NCBI RefSeq assembly: GCF_902713615.1
Contig: NC_052153.1
Coordinates: forward strand, 28,225,323-28,289,322
Direction of reading: 5' to 3'
DNA length: 64,000 bases
DNA from: Scyliorhinus canicula
Taxonomy: Eukaryota
A program made the position numbers and the translations under genes. The notes below the pieces were generated by a model. It saw nothing but the letters and a program-made list of their open reading frames with translations. It did not search any database and had not been told where the DNA came from. Below, one piece after another: positions 21,556-33,754 of this stretch (positions within the stretch are counted from its first letter, which is position 1; each line of letters begins with the position of its first letter).

Positions 21556-22975
21556 ACTCCAACACTACAATGATTACATCCATGGGAATGGCCGATGCAA
21601 CCATGGCAGAGAATACACATAGACTATGCTGGCCCAGTGGAGAATCACGTGTTCCTAGTTATTGTGGATGCACACTCTAAATGGCTGGAAGTCATTATCA
21701 TGAAATCTATGATGACCAAGCAAACCATTGAGAGGCAAGACTAAATATTTGCACAATTCGGAACACTGAAGCAGGTTGTGAGTGACAATGATACTCAGTT
21801 CACTTTGAAGGAGTTCGCGGACTACCTGGGGGAAAACGATATACACCACATCCAAGTCAGCACGGTACCATCCTGCAACAACTGGGTTGGTTGAGCATTT
21901 CATAGAATCATTCCATCAAGGCAGCAAAAGACCAAGGGACATGGTAAGGAGAGAGAACAAATTCTTAATGTCTCACTGGAGCACCAAACACGCAAAGACA
22001 CAGAGTTCACCAGCAATGCTGCTGTTCAGGAGGAAACTGCAAGCACAGTTTGCTTTATTGATGCCACCTGATACTTCTGAGATTGCCAAACGACAACAGC
22101 AAGCACAGACTACGAAGAGAGAACAAAACTCGAAAAAGTAAGTATTCAATCACGGAGTGCGAGTGCTAGCCAGAAGCTACAACACCAATGAGAAATGGAT
22201 AGCTGCTGCGATCCTAGCTAAGACAAGTCCAGTATCATACACCATACAGGTGGATGATGAAAGACTTTGGCGTCGTCATACTGATGTCCCGAAAGGCGTG
22301 CCTTTCGGTGAATTGGACATTCCGAATTCTCTCTCAATTGTACTCGAACATGCGCCGGAATGTGGTGACTAGGGGATTGTCACAGTAACATCATTGCAGT
22401 GTTAATATAAACCTACTTGTGACACTAATGAAGATCATTATTACCAGCTACCAGTTTCACAAAGTGAAATTACTGAAACTTAAGAAGTATTCCCGATGGA
22501 AAACATGGACAGCGATACTTCTGAGCAGAGGCTAAAGACAGAGACAGGTTCAGGTCCTGTTTCTGAGGACTTCCCAATACGTATGGAGATGGAGACTGGA
22601 CTAAACTTCCCAGAAAGCACCACCTACTGAAGGAACAGAAGGCATGTTCCAGGCTTCGAGTAGCCAGTTTCCAGAATGTTAAATACAATCCAAAATGAAT
22701 AGACCTCCACCTGAGAGATTGTCTTATTGAGTTGTATATGTGTATAGGGATAATGCATAATTGGTCTTTTGTGTAAACATTAAGTCATTATCGTTGCACT
22801 AAGGGAGTAAAGGGGAGGGGTTTTATATATCAGAGAATAAATCCCTGCCCGTGAAGCATCATGTGATCTGTACTGATCTCATTCGAGAGCATTTGTGTGG
22901 GCTTCAGTTCTCCATCCTCGATTATATGATCAATATCGCTAAATAAAACTCTCATCATGTTTATAAGAATCCAGT
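21555..22975 (+). mobile_element. Gypsy integrase remnant, PPT and 3' LTR
   Basis: HPWEWPMQPWQRIHIDYAGP..FLVIVDAHSKWLEV..VSDND TQF (rve core) and SPVSYTIQVDDERLWRRH. Purine tract at 22801-22820, followed by LTR-like sequence with AATAAA. A SINE tail piece lies at ~22350-22445. Confidence 0.85.
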
Positions 22976-23398
22976 GTGGGCAATTCCATACCTTTTGTCT
23001 TTGTGGCAAACTCAAACATTTAACCAGGCTGTACTTTGAAAAGGGAGAAACTGGCAGGAAAAGGGGTTAAGGGACCAGGGTTGGAGTGGGGGGTATGAAT
23101 GGGGAAACTTAAACAACTCATGAATACCAAATCCTATCTGGATCATTCCACCCCCAACCCCCGCCCATGGCTTTTCTCGAACCCATATCCCCTCCCATGA
23201 CCTCACTCCTTGCCGCATTTTCAATATCTTCTTTGTCCTACCCCTCTCTTTGAATAATCAGAGTCAAAAAAGGCCTCACCCACTTACTCCCACACAATTA
23301 ATTTTGAGTTGGCATGATGCTATGATATAACTTAGTTTTGCACATTGTGATTCTGAATAGATAATTACATGTTGAGACCTATTAGATTGGGAGCACCT

Positions 23399-23567
23399 TG
23401 GTGTCCAAAAAGATAGGTGGGGTTACTGGGTTACGGGGATAGGATGGGGGTGTGGACTTCGATAGGGTGCTTTTTCAGAAGGTCAGTGCAGACTCAATGA
23501 GCTGAATGAGCTGCACTGTAGGGATTCCATTCTATCATTCCATTCTATCATTCCATGATTCTATGAT
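23399..23567 (+). mobile_element. HE1-type SINE, 3' half
   Basis: Matches the 3' half of the SINE at 23648-23996; ATTCTATG-type tail. Confidence 0.8.
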
Positions 23568-23647
23568 GCTGAACTCTTCTTCCATCACCTTCGCCATTAG
23601 CCCACTTCTCTGGCCAGGGGTACTCCCCTTACATAGAGAATGTCTTG

Positions 23648-23996
23648 GGGGCAGCACGGTAGCACACTGGTTAGCACAGTTTCTTCACAGCTCCAGGGTC
23701 CCAGGTTCGATTCCCAGCTTGGGCCACTGTCTGTGCAGAATCTGCACGTTCTCCCCATGTCTGCGTCGGTTTCCTCCGGTTGCTCTGGTTTCCTCCCACT
23801 GTCCAAAGATGTGCAGGTTAGGTGGATTGGCCATGATAAATTGCCCTTAGTGTCCAAAAAAAAGGTTGGGTGGGGTTACTGGGTTACGTGAATAGGGTGG
23901 AGGTATGGGCTGAGGTGGGGTGCTCTTTCCGAGGACTGATGCAGACTCGATGGGCTGAATGGCCTCCTTCTGCACTGTTAATTCTATGATTCTATG
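23648..23996 (+). mobile_element. HE1-type SINE, full length
   Basis: tRNA-like head with A box (TGGTTAGCAC region) and B box GGTTCGATTCC; ATTCTATGATTCTATG tail. Confidence 0.92.
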
Positions 23997-24573
23997 CTTC
24001 TTCTCCCATTTTTGGAATTCTGCGTTGAATTTGATCCCTACCTCTTACCATCTCCAGTTCTTTTCATTGAGAACCTTTGGCATGACATTGACCATCTTAA
24101 TTTCTCCTCTCCTTTCACTCATTTTATCTCCCTCTGAATTTGTCTTCCTTGCTCATCACCACCTCAAAAAATCTCACCACATTTGACAAAAAGGATTTCC
24201 CTTTATTAACTCGACCCAATCACGTTAGCATTTTTAAACTGCCAATAAGACATCCATTTACCATACTTTGAGTACATTGTTATTGTTGTGCTACTATTAA
24301 CATCAATTTGTCCTCAAATGTTAACATGCCTGATTAATTGTAGGTGATAGCACTGAAATGTTGTATGTAAACATTTCATTGGCCAGTTATCTGCTGAACA
24401 GAGGTACTTTATTGGAATTGTTGTATTAGACTTCCACATGTCCATATGAATTTTTCAATCACCCTCACGATTGCTCTGTGAAATTGTTCTGACTTCGTAT
24501 TGTCACAAATTACTTGTCTTAAACTTCCACAGACATATCCAGGATTTTGAGCTTTACATGCATGAAGAGCTTA

Positions 24574-24797
24574 GGGGCCTGGTTTAGCTCACTAGGGGCT
24601 GGTTTAGCTCACTCGGGGCTGGTTTAGCTCACTCGGCTAAATCGCTGGCTTTTAAAGCAGACCAAGCAGGCCAGCAGCACGGTTCAATTCCCGTACCAGC
24701 CTCCACGGACAGGCGACTAGGGGCGACTAGGGGCTTTTCACAGTAACTTCATTGAAGCCTACTCGTGACAATAAGCGATTTTCATTTTTCATTTCAT
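24574..24797 (+). mobile_element. Second tRNA-derived SINE family (GGGGCTGGTTTAGCTCAC head), 5' end triplicated
   Basis: B-box-like GGTTCAATTCCC, (TTTCA)n tail; paralogous to 25193-25370. Confidence 0.85.
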
Positions 24798-24854
24798 TAT
24801 TCTAAACATATGAGTGCATTATTTGATTTGGTTCATCAGTTCTATCAGCTGATA

Positions 24855-25030
24855 CCCTTTAGGGAGGGAAACTGCCATCCTTATCTGGTCTGGTCGGCAC
24901 ATGACTCCAGATCCACAGCAATGCGGTTGACGCTTAAATGCCCTCTGAAATGGCCGTGCAAGTCACTCAGTTCGAGGGCAATAAATGCTGGCCCAGCCAT
25001 CGATGCCCACATCCCATGAATGAATAAGTA
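24855..25030 (+). mobile_element. LINE/SINE 3' end (GGGCAATAAATGCTGG..CCCACATCCCATGAATGAAT type)
   Basis: The same terminal motif ends the LINE remnants at ~46170 and ~60215. Confidence 0.6.
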
Positions 25031-25192
25031 AACAATCAACACCAAACTAGGCACTGGATAAACATAATGCATGTTGACCTGTTTCAGCCAATGCAGGATG
25101 GATTGGCATGTTCTGACCTATGAGAGCTTGCAATCCCAAAGATATATTTCATGCTGCAGTTTATCTTGTCACGTTTGTGCATTCTGACTTAG

Positions 25193-25370
25193 AGGGGCTG
25201 TTTAGCTCACAGGGCTAATCGCTGGCTTTGAAAGCAGACCAAGGCAAGCCAGCAGCAGGGTTTGATTCCCGTAACAGCCTCCCCGAACAGGCGCCGGAAT
25301 GTGGCGACTAGGGGCTTTTCACAGTAACTTCATTTGAAGCCTACTTGTGACAATAAGCGATTTTCATTTA
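25193..25370 (+). mobile_element. Second-family SINE
   Basis: Colinear with 24615-24797. Confidence 0.85.
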
Positions 25371-25829
25371 CTTTTGTTTGGTTACACCGGTCTTTACTTT
25401 CGCATTTTCTTTATTTCCCTCCTGCATTCCATCTCCATATTTTGGAGGCCTGTAAGTTTAAGTGCAACCAAAAACAGAAGATCTGTATCTCAGCAACAGA
25501 AGGTACTAATGGACGATGTGTTTAGTACCGAGACTTTTCAGTACTAGGTCTAACCAGGCAGTCAACGTTCAAGTGATGCTGTCTCCTACAACTTGGGTTT
25601 CAGATATCTGCAGCACTTGTTGGGTGTATAAGCACAAATTATGCAAGTAAAACATCAAGCCATCTAGACTCTTCGATATATCATTTTTTGATTATTTGTT
25701 CCGCTTACCGTTGTGCTTGTGTGCTCAACGTGAAACAATTTGTTACAAATTTCAGTCCTGCCATTGATAAACTATGCAGTTCAGCATCACTGGGTCATCG
25801 CTATGATAAGCATGCTTCAGGTCCCTGCA

Positions 25830-26780
25830 AAAACAAGTGAGTATCTTTGCACAGGCTTACTGTTTGGTCCAATGCCTCTGACAATTAGAACCCTGCTTTT
25901 GAATTAAAGCCCCCTAGCGATAAAGGCTAACATTCCATTAACCTCAGGATTTCCTTTGATAGCTTTTTGTGTCTGTGCACGAAGATTTAGTGATTTATGT
26001 ACAAGAGTATCTAAATCCTTTTGCTTCACCAAAGCTCCTAGTCTCTCACCATTAAGAAACATACTGATTTGAGTTTCTCAGTTCAAAGTGGTTGATGGTA
26101 CACTTGCCCACACTCCCTTCCATCAGCCTTAGTTATATCCCCTACTTTATTCTCTTGTCGGTTTGTAAATTCCTGCTTCAGTCTATGCAGCTCACTGCGC
26201 CTCGTTCTTAGGCTCACCGACAAACTTGGCTGTACGCATTCACCAATTCATTGTGCAAAATTAAAAACTGAGAGATCTCTTGGAAAACCACGTGTTCGGT
26301 CTGACAAATCAGAGATTTAACCCTTAAAGTACTAACTTAGCACTAACATTTATGTCTTGGGCAACAGAATTCAAAAGTGTTGAAATCACAGGACACAGAT
26401 CAGGCCGCAGTTAGAGTACTGCACACAATTCTGCCCTCCATAAGGCCTTGGAAACACTGGAGAATGTGCAAAGAAAATGAGAGTGGTAACTGAAATGAGA
26501 GATGAGAGCTATCCAGAGAGGTTACATCTATCTGGAGAGATTGAACAGAACAAGTTGAATTCAAAAGTAGAATGCATGAAATGATGCATGCTAGATGTTT
26601 GTAAAATGATGGATAGGTTGAAAAGGGAGAAAATGGAGAAAATGTTTCCATGGGGGGGATGAATCTAAAATTTGTGGCCATAAATACAAAATACTTACTA
26701 ATAAACCCAATAGGAAAATAAACAGAATGGTTAGAAGGTGGAACTCACTACAGCAAGTGGTTGAGGCCAATAATTTCGAG
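25830..26780. mobile_element. Old CR1 fragments (minus ~25830-26240; plus ~26400-26780)
   Basis: Degenerate CR1 RT 3' sequence resembling the younger copies at 3480 and 49220. Confidence 0.5.
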
Positions 26781-26961
26781 CTAAAAATGGATAACCCCTG
26801 AAATGGAGCGTGCCGATCATGATGCACACTGACATGTATCTGTTGCTACCAGTACAGGCAGCATGTTAGCTTTGTGCTGACTACTAATTATTGTGATTGT
26901 AGTGTGCAAACAGCACTAACGCATGCTGTTGACGTTCCCACTTCTGACATTCCCATTTATC

Positions 26962-27268
26962 GGGCGGCACGGCTGCACAGAGGTTAGCACTGTGACTTCA
27001 CTGCGCCAGGGACCCGGGTTTGATTCCCGGCTTGGATCACTGTGTTGAGTCTGCATGTTCTCCTCGTATCTGCGTGGGTTTCCTCCGGGCGCTCCGGTTT
27101 CCTCCCACAAGTCACAAAAGACGTTCTTGTTAGGTGATTTGGACATTCTGAATTCTCCCTCAATGTACTCGAACAGGTGCCGTAGTTTGGCAACTAGGGG
27201 ATTTTCACAGAAACTGTGTTGCAGTGTTAATGTAAGCCTACTTATGACAATAATAAAGATTATTATTG
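26962..27268 (+). mobile_element. SINE with HE1-type head and an alternative 3' tail ending (ATT)n
   Basis: Head matches 23648. Tail GAACAGGTGCCG..ACTAGGGGATTTTCACAG..GCCTACTT..AATAAAGATTATTATT. Confidence 0.88.
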
Positions 27269-27365
27269 TGCAGCTGCATGCTTACTTAGCAGGGCGGACA
27301 GCATTGTGAGAGGATAGAGCTACTTAAAGCTAGCCCAGGTTTCAAACAGGATGTCCTTAATGGAG

Positions 27366-27545
27366 ACATAAGAACATAAGAACATAAGAACTAGGAGCAG
27401 GAGTAGGCCATCTGACCCCACGAGCCTGCTCCGCCATTCAATGAGATCATGGCTGATCTTTTGTGGACTCAACTCCACTTTCCGGCCCGAACACCATAAC
27501 CCTTAATCCCTTTATTCTTCAAAAAACTATCTATCTTTATCCATC
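27366..27545 (-). mobile_element. CR1 3' end with (AAGAACAT)n tail
   Basis: ACATAAGAACATAAGAACATAAGAACTAGGAGCAGGAGTAGGCC is the reverse complement of a CR1 3' terminus. Confidence 0.85.
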
Positions 27546-28399
27546 TCTGATGTTTTCCCTGATAAGATTCAGGTTAGAGAATTCCTTCCCAAACATTCTG
27601 AGTGGACATGGGACATTGTCTCCCACATCTCCTCCTCCACCCTCTGCTGCTGGCTTGTCAGTGCTCTGTGTCACTTATGCACATTCTCCTGGTCATGTTG
27701 TAGTCCGAAGTGAATGTTTATTTCTGCACCCATGCCTGGGAGCAACTGAATTGTACAGAAGTCCTGAAATCAGAAACAGTCTTTCATCACTTGCCGCATC
27801 ACTCTCTTTAGACTTTACCAACTTTTAACGACTATAGAAAGCATTGAACGTTTATACAATCACAGAAACAGCCAGTAGAAATCAGTCAACAACTAACCTG
27901 AAAGTACCTGATGATCTCTTTCAATAGTTTTGTGGGGGATCAGTCCAGCAACTTGAACCTGTGCTGAGCTGTGCGTAGTTAAGTGATGGCATTAATTGGA
28001 GTGTTGCCCATATTGTCATCAAGTTAATATTAAACACTGAATGATCCCATGGCCTGCCGAGACTGCATGTTTTTTGTAGAGGCTATCATTGTGCTTGCTG
28101 ATGCCCTTCCCAAAATGGCTTACAGTGCCAGTCAACGGAATTGTGTGCAGACACCATGGGCCCCATTTTAGACCACAAGGTCCACCCGTAGCAGCCACAA
28201 AATGGGCATTATGCATCTAAATTTAAGGCCCAGGTTACTTCAAAAATAAATTAGATAAGGACATGAAAGGAAAGGGAGTAGAAAGATATGCTAGGAGGCT
28301 GAGGTGGGGGTAAGTGGCTGGGAGCACAGATTTGATGGTCCAAATGACCTTTATCTTGTTCTATATTCGATGTAATGTAACCAGAGAATTATCTCTGCT

Positions 28400-28682
28400 T
28401 TATTTTTTTAATCCCTGCTATATGTCCTATCTCCTAACTAACTACTGATCAATTAAGCACACTTAATTGGTTACCTCCAATTCCACAAACTTAACCGTTT
28501 TATTGTAATCGACTTTTGTGCAGGGCCTGTCTCCAAATAAATAACACTGGAGACTCCATTACCCACAATGCTCGTGATGTCCTCAAAATGTTTAACTAGA
28601 TTAATCAAAGATGACTTGCCTGTCAAAAATTCATGTTGGCATTCTTTAGTCGGATAAAATTTGTCCAAATGTTCAGTCATTT
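28400..28682 (-). mobile_element. CR1 RT fragment
   Basis: QHEFLTGKSSLINLVKHFEDIT..VIYL resembles the CR1 RT motif QHGF.KG.SCLTNL.EFFE.VT. Confidence 0.7.
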
Positions 28683-28683
28683 T

Positions 28684-29404
28684 GTGCGCGATTCGATGTA
28701 AAAGATTTCTAAGTGTGGTAGAGAGCGGGAAGGGCTGCGAGCTTCCCGGCACTCGGCCCGGAGGGGCACGATTCATGCGACGCCGCTCCGACGCTGTTCC
28801 GCCGGAGAATCGGCGACATTGGCGACGGCACGGTCGGCGCGGCGCCGGTCGGGTGCCATTGAAAGTGCCCCCCCCCCCCGGCGATTATCCATGCACGATG
28901 GGCCGAGTGCCCGCCTAGTTAGGCCAGGTGCTGCTGGGGCGCCGTTCCCGTATGGTCCTACCCGGTGAGTCCTCGGTGTTCATGTGCGGGAGGTGGCCTG
29001 TGGGGGGGAGGGGGGATCTGACCCCTGGGGGGGGGGGCCTCCACGGTGGACTGGACTGCAATCGGGGCCTACCGATCGGCGGGTGGGCTTATCCTGGTGG
29101 GGGCCTATGTTGCTTCGCACCGGGCCCCTGTCGATCTCTGTCATGTTGCGTCGGGGCCGGGGCGGAGAAGGAAACCCACGTGCATGCGCACAGTCGCGCT
29201 GGCTGTAGAGCGCATGCGCGAACTCGCGTCGCCTGTTCTGACGCCCATAGCGGCAGCTGGAGCAGCTTCTGGCTCTCCAGTACCGTGCTGGCCCCCTGTG
29301 CTGAACAGCACCGCTGGTCCAAGGAGCCTGTTGATGCCATCATAAACCACTCCGCCATTTACGACGGCGTCAACACTTTGCCCCAGGATCGGAAAATCCC
29401 GCCC
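28684..29404. mobile_element. Harbinger-related MITE
   Basis: GC-rich island bounded by GTGCGCGATTC and GGAAAATCCCGCCC. The subterminal CGGCGTCAACAC motif resembles the Harbinger end at 3082-3121. Confidence 0.75.
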
Positions 29405-29499
29405 ATGGCGTTTGTACATGGCAAGTGCAAAGGACAAGGATATATATAACTCATGTGAGTTTGGGCATCCGGATGAAAATGCAGAAGCTCTTCAGTTTT

Positions 29500-30815
29500 C
29501 TCGCTCAGGCTAACCTAGCTCTCTGAACAGGCCCACTGCTGCTTCACATCTTGTGTGTTCCAGTGCTCTATCCTCTAAAGGAGTCGGGATCCTTAGCTCC
29601 ACCATGCCACCACCCATCTCCGTCCTCTCGCGACGGTTATGAGTGAATTCCTCTTGCAAGGAGGCAAAAGGGGATGAAGTGAGCAGGTCGCTTACCGGGT
29701 GAATGACGATGATACCTGGCAGTTGTGGGCACTGCGCGAGAGTCGAGCTGAATTGTGAGGCGGGGGTTTGAGGAGGCCTGTGGGAGGTCAGGTGGTGGGG
29801 CCCTGCTGGGTGGCAGCATGTGGGGTCCAAGTAAAATGGGGAGGGTTAATGAAAGTGGGAGTGATGAGAGAAGTGTGGTGATGTGCATCACTGTAAATAC
29901 ACAAAGGGTTAATGTAAATACATGTCGACTAGCTAAACACTAGAGGGAGCAGCAGAGACATGACACACAGACACTCAGCCAATAGAACAGTTAGATAGGA
30001 CACGACCAATGGGCATTCACGATACACACAGAGGTGACACGGCCACAGGAGAGCATTACACCAACCCATATATAAAGGACTCCACACACACGATCTGCCT
30101 CTTTCCAGTGGAGGCAGTCAGTGAGTACAGACACAGGGTTGATTCAATATCACTCCCACCACGTGGATTGTAGCAGACTGGTTCGTCAGTCTGGGTAGCT
30201 ATAGTAGGATTAGCAGTAGCGTCGAATCCGAGCAATAGGCGTGTATATAGTTTAATAAACGTGTTGAAGTTATCTCCACGTCTGAACCTTCCTTTGTCAA
30301 GTGCACCACGAGGAAGCCGCTTATGCCACACTTAGAGCATAACAAGACAAGAAGGCGAGAAGCACTTACACTGACAGAAAGGAGGTGGCACACCAGTCCT
30401 CTTGTAAAGGGTGCTGGCACTCACCAGTGCCGTGCAGCGATCATCTCCCAGGCCAGGATCGTGACCCACCTGGACGGTATCCTGTCAGTGGGCGGGTAGA
30501 TTGCTGACCTTCTACCCTCCACATAATCAGGCAGAAGCAGGGAGCAGGCTTCTTTGCTGCCATTCTCCTGGCGTGACTGAGACCACGTGCTATGGTGCTG
30601 TTTAATTGCAGCTCCCCCTTGGTCAACCTGTCACGATGACCCCTAGGTGGGAGAATCAGGCAGTTCACACCACAGGTGCGATGTGTTTCACATGGGAAAT
30701 CTTTTCTAAAAAGTGCCTAAAAATTGCAGGCCCAATCACACCGATGGGGCCAACAGGATTTACACTGGTTTTCGCATGAGAGTTGACACCGTCCAATTTT
30801 GGGAAAATTCTGCCC
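29500..30815 (-). mobile_element. Third Harbinger remnant (Myb exons 1-2 and terminus) interrupted by a solo LTR
   Basis: MAAKKPAPCF start at 30563; exon 2 THNRRERTEMGGG..PTPLEDRALE; terminus GGGAAAATTCTGCCC at 30801-30815. Confidence 0.7.
29874..30349 (+). mobile_element. Solo LTR (476 bp)
   Basis: TG...CA ends, perfect 5-bp TSD AGAAG (29869-29873, 30350-30354), two CCAAT boxes, TATATAAA and AATAAA. Confidence 0.95.
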
Positions 30816-31004
30816 CTGATGTTAACATCCCCTTTGGGAAAATCCCACTCTAAAAGGCATCCATGGATACAGATTCACTGTCACTGTGTTTCTATATTAC
30901 AGGGGTAAATTTCTAACTTTGAACCACTGGATGCAGATATTGGAATTTCTGATACATGCTGCGCTCAATTTCCTGACAATTGATATAGGTGATTGGAAAA
31001 TGAT

Positions 31005-31160
31005 GGGCTGGATTCTCCGCTCCGCCACGCCATATTTCTATTTCACCCCGCCGGCGGGATGCTCCGTTACACCGGCCGGTCAATGGGGCTGCCCCACACC
31101 ATCGGGAAACCCAAGGGCTGCCGGCAAAACGGAGCATCCCGCCAGCGGATAATCCAACAC
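31005..31160. mobile_element. Short Harbinger-related MITE
   Basis: Imperfect TIRs: GGGCTGGATTCTCCGC ... GCGGATAATCCAAC. Confidence 0.7.
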
Positions 31161-31422
31161 TATGTGCCTGAAATTCTGATTGGTGTTTCCAGCAGCGAGG
31201 GAACGTTGGAAAATGACTATCTGAATGTTCCAATGTACTCCTCGAGCAGGGGAAATGTTGAAGAGGTTCTCTTGAGATGCTAGGCATCCAATAAGGAGTT
31301 AAAAAGAGACAGAGCTTGAAAGCAAAATGCTGCGGAAGTTAGAAATCTGAAATAAAAATAAAAATTGCTGGAAATACTCAGCAGGCCAGAGAGTAACTGT
31401 GGGGAGAGGAACAAAGCTCTCT

Positions 31423-32098
31423 ATCTGGCGGGGCAGGCTGTACAGGCGCCAAGGAATGGCGTGAACCACTCCGGCATCGGGCTGCCTGGAAGGTGGCAGA
31501 CTCCTCCGCACTTTCAGGGGCTAGGCCGGTGCTGTCGGGGTTGGCGCCGCGCCAACCGGCCCCGAAGGGCTTCTGCCGGCCGGTGCGAGTTGGTGCACAC
31601 ACGGGAGCGCCAGCGTGTTCTTGCATGATCCCAGCGCATGCGCAGGGGGAGTTAATCTCCAAGCTGGCCATGGTGAACTGTTACAGCGGCCGGCGCGGAG
31701 GGAAAGTGTGCTCCCCACGGTACAGGCCCGCCCGCAGAATGGTGGTCCCCGATCGCGGGCCAGGCCACCATGCCCCCCCCCCCCCCCCCCCCCCCCGGGC
31801 CAGATCCCCCCCCCCCGAGGACTCCGCAGGCCAACCGCAGAGCCAGGTCCCACCGGTAAGGACCTTGTTTGATTTACGCCGGCGGGACTGGCCGAAAATG
31901 GGCGGCCACTCGGCAATCGCGGGGAATCGCCGTGGGGGGGGCCCACTGGCAACGGCCCTCGACTGGCCCAACACGATCCCGCCCCCACCGAAAAACTGGC
32001 GCCAGACAATCCGGTGTCCTGGCGTCAGGACAGGATTCATTCCGCCCCCTGGCGATTCTCTGACCTTGCGGGGGTGGGGGGGTCGGAAAATCCCACCC
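31423..32098 (-). mobile_element. Harbinger-related MITE, same family as 41989-42754 in the opposite orientation; one end truncated
   Basis: Ends GGAAAATCCCACCC; reverse-complement similarity to 41989-42754 throughout. Confidence 0.8.
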
Positions 32099-32814
32099 CT
32101 CAAATCTATACAGCATTTGGCCCACTGAGTCTGCACCAACTGTCTGAAAAAGCACCTACGCCCACGTCGCATGAAGGAATAAAAACAAAATCCTGTAATT
32201 CTGGTGGAGCAGGCTCGAAGGGCTGAATCGCCTATTTGTGCTCCGAGCTCATATATCCTTATATTAAAGGCACTAAATGTAAGTTATTTTTGATTTTGAC
32301 AGCTACTGAAGTATGAATTTCTTTTTAAAATATACAGTAAATAAGTGGAATACTTGAATTCTAAAATGATTGAATTTGGACTTTATTTGTCAGTTGTAAA
32401 TTGTGCTTACATTTAATCACATATTTAAAAGAATGACATTTTGTAAATTTATAATTTGAAAAGCTTATCCTATCCATAAAAAGAGTGGTTAATTTATCAG
32501 CTGTCAGCAGTCACAAGCTCAAATGGTTGAACTTAAGAACTGTCTGATCCAATATTCTTATATTGGAGAGGATTGGCTCTATTCACCGACTGCCGGTTAA
32601 GTTTGGTTCATGTGCAAAATTCAAGAATAAAACAAATAAAATTCTCAGGATAAAGAATGTGAATTTACTGATGGATTGTAATTTGTATTGATTTGGATGT
32701 GCAAGCTGCCAACATTTTAATCAGTCACGGGTTGGCATTAACTTGCCTTGAGTAGTCAGCAAGAATAAGGTGGCGTTAGTAAATAAGACTATGTTAGTAA
32801 ATGGGGTGCAATCG

Positions 32815-32976
32815 TATAGGGGGCGGGGGGGGGGTCTTCCATGGAATTCCCGGCGGCGAGGGGTGGATTCAATGGGAAATCCGATTGGCAGCACCGTGAC
32901 CGGAAGATTCCGCCGCTGGCCAACGGCGGGGCGGGCTTGCCTCCCACCGCCGAGAAATATGTCACGAAGAATCCCG
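32815..32976. mobile_element. Short MITE remnant
   Basis: GC-rich island ending GAAGAATCCCG; similar in character to 31005-31160. Confidence 0.5.
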
Positions 32977-33754
32977 TAGGCTATCTATGTACCTGACCAC
33001 ACTCGACTTTCACCTGCCGTTGTTAGCAATTTGTAGACTTGTATTCTTGTTGGTCCTTTATAAATTCCCACAACGGTAAATAGTGAACGTAACTTTCATA
33101 CTTACCTCAACGTGAACAAAATTCTGTGGCATATTTTAAAGTTCCTTTTAGTGAAGCCCTCATTCATTTGTAATCAGCTTTTATTTAGTGTGTGTGTGGG
33201 GGTGGGCTAACTTTCTGAAATTTCCTGAGATTCTGAGCAATGTAAAAGTACACAAATACCTGAGCGGGATTCTCCGTCGGCTGATGCCACAATCAGGAAA
33301 CGCGATTAGACGGAGAGTCGGGTTTGACGGGTTTCTCGGGTGCCTCGACAGCGGCATCAATGCGTCCCACACCGCACTACAGTAAATGCCATTGGCATTT
33401 CATCAGCTGGCCTGACGCGGTATTTTTCGGGGCCTCCGCGATTATCTGCTTTCACTGGGGTGAATTCCCAATGGCGTGGTTCACATGTGCTTTTAAAAAT
33501 TTTGAAACTGGCGCCGTGGCTGATGAGGGAGAGAGAGGCGCGACCATGGGCTGCCAATCCTGACACAGGCCGGGCTGGCTGGAATAGGGGGAGGGGAGCC
33601 CTGCCAGGGCCAGTGGGGCCGGGATGATCTCTCATGGGACTGATGCATTACTCAGTCAAGGAACTCCATTGCTGCAGCCAGCAAGGCAGCCATCTTGCTG
33701 TGCACCCTACTGACCATCCCCCTTGACCCCAGAGTGACACTGGCAGCATGGGTG

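Noticed and set aside
23648-23730. tRNA genes at SINE heads (also 24574, 41432 and others)
   Set aside because: A/B boxes are followed by SINE body and LINE-like tails; no complete cloverleaf is evident.
28661-29449. GC-rich overlapping ORFs and CpG-island-like promoters (also 31365-32226, 41967-42807, 62623-63225)
   Set aside because: They coincide with TIR-bounded MITEs. Long ORFs on both strands reflect stop-codon scarcity at high GC.
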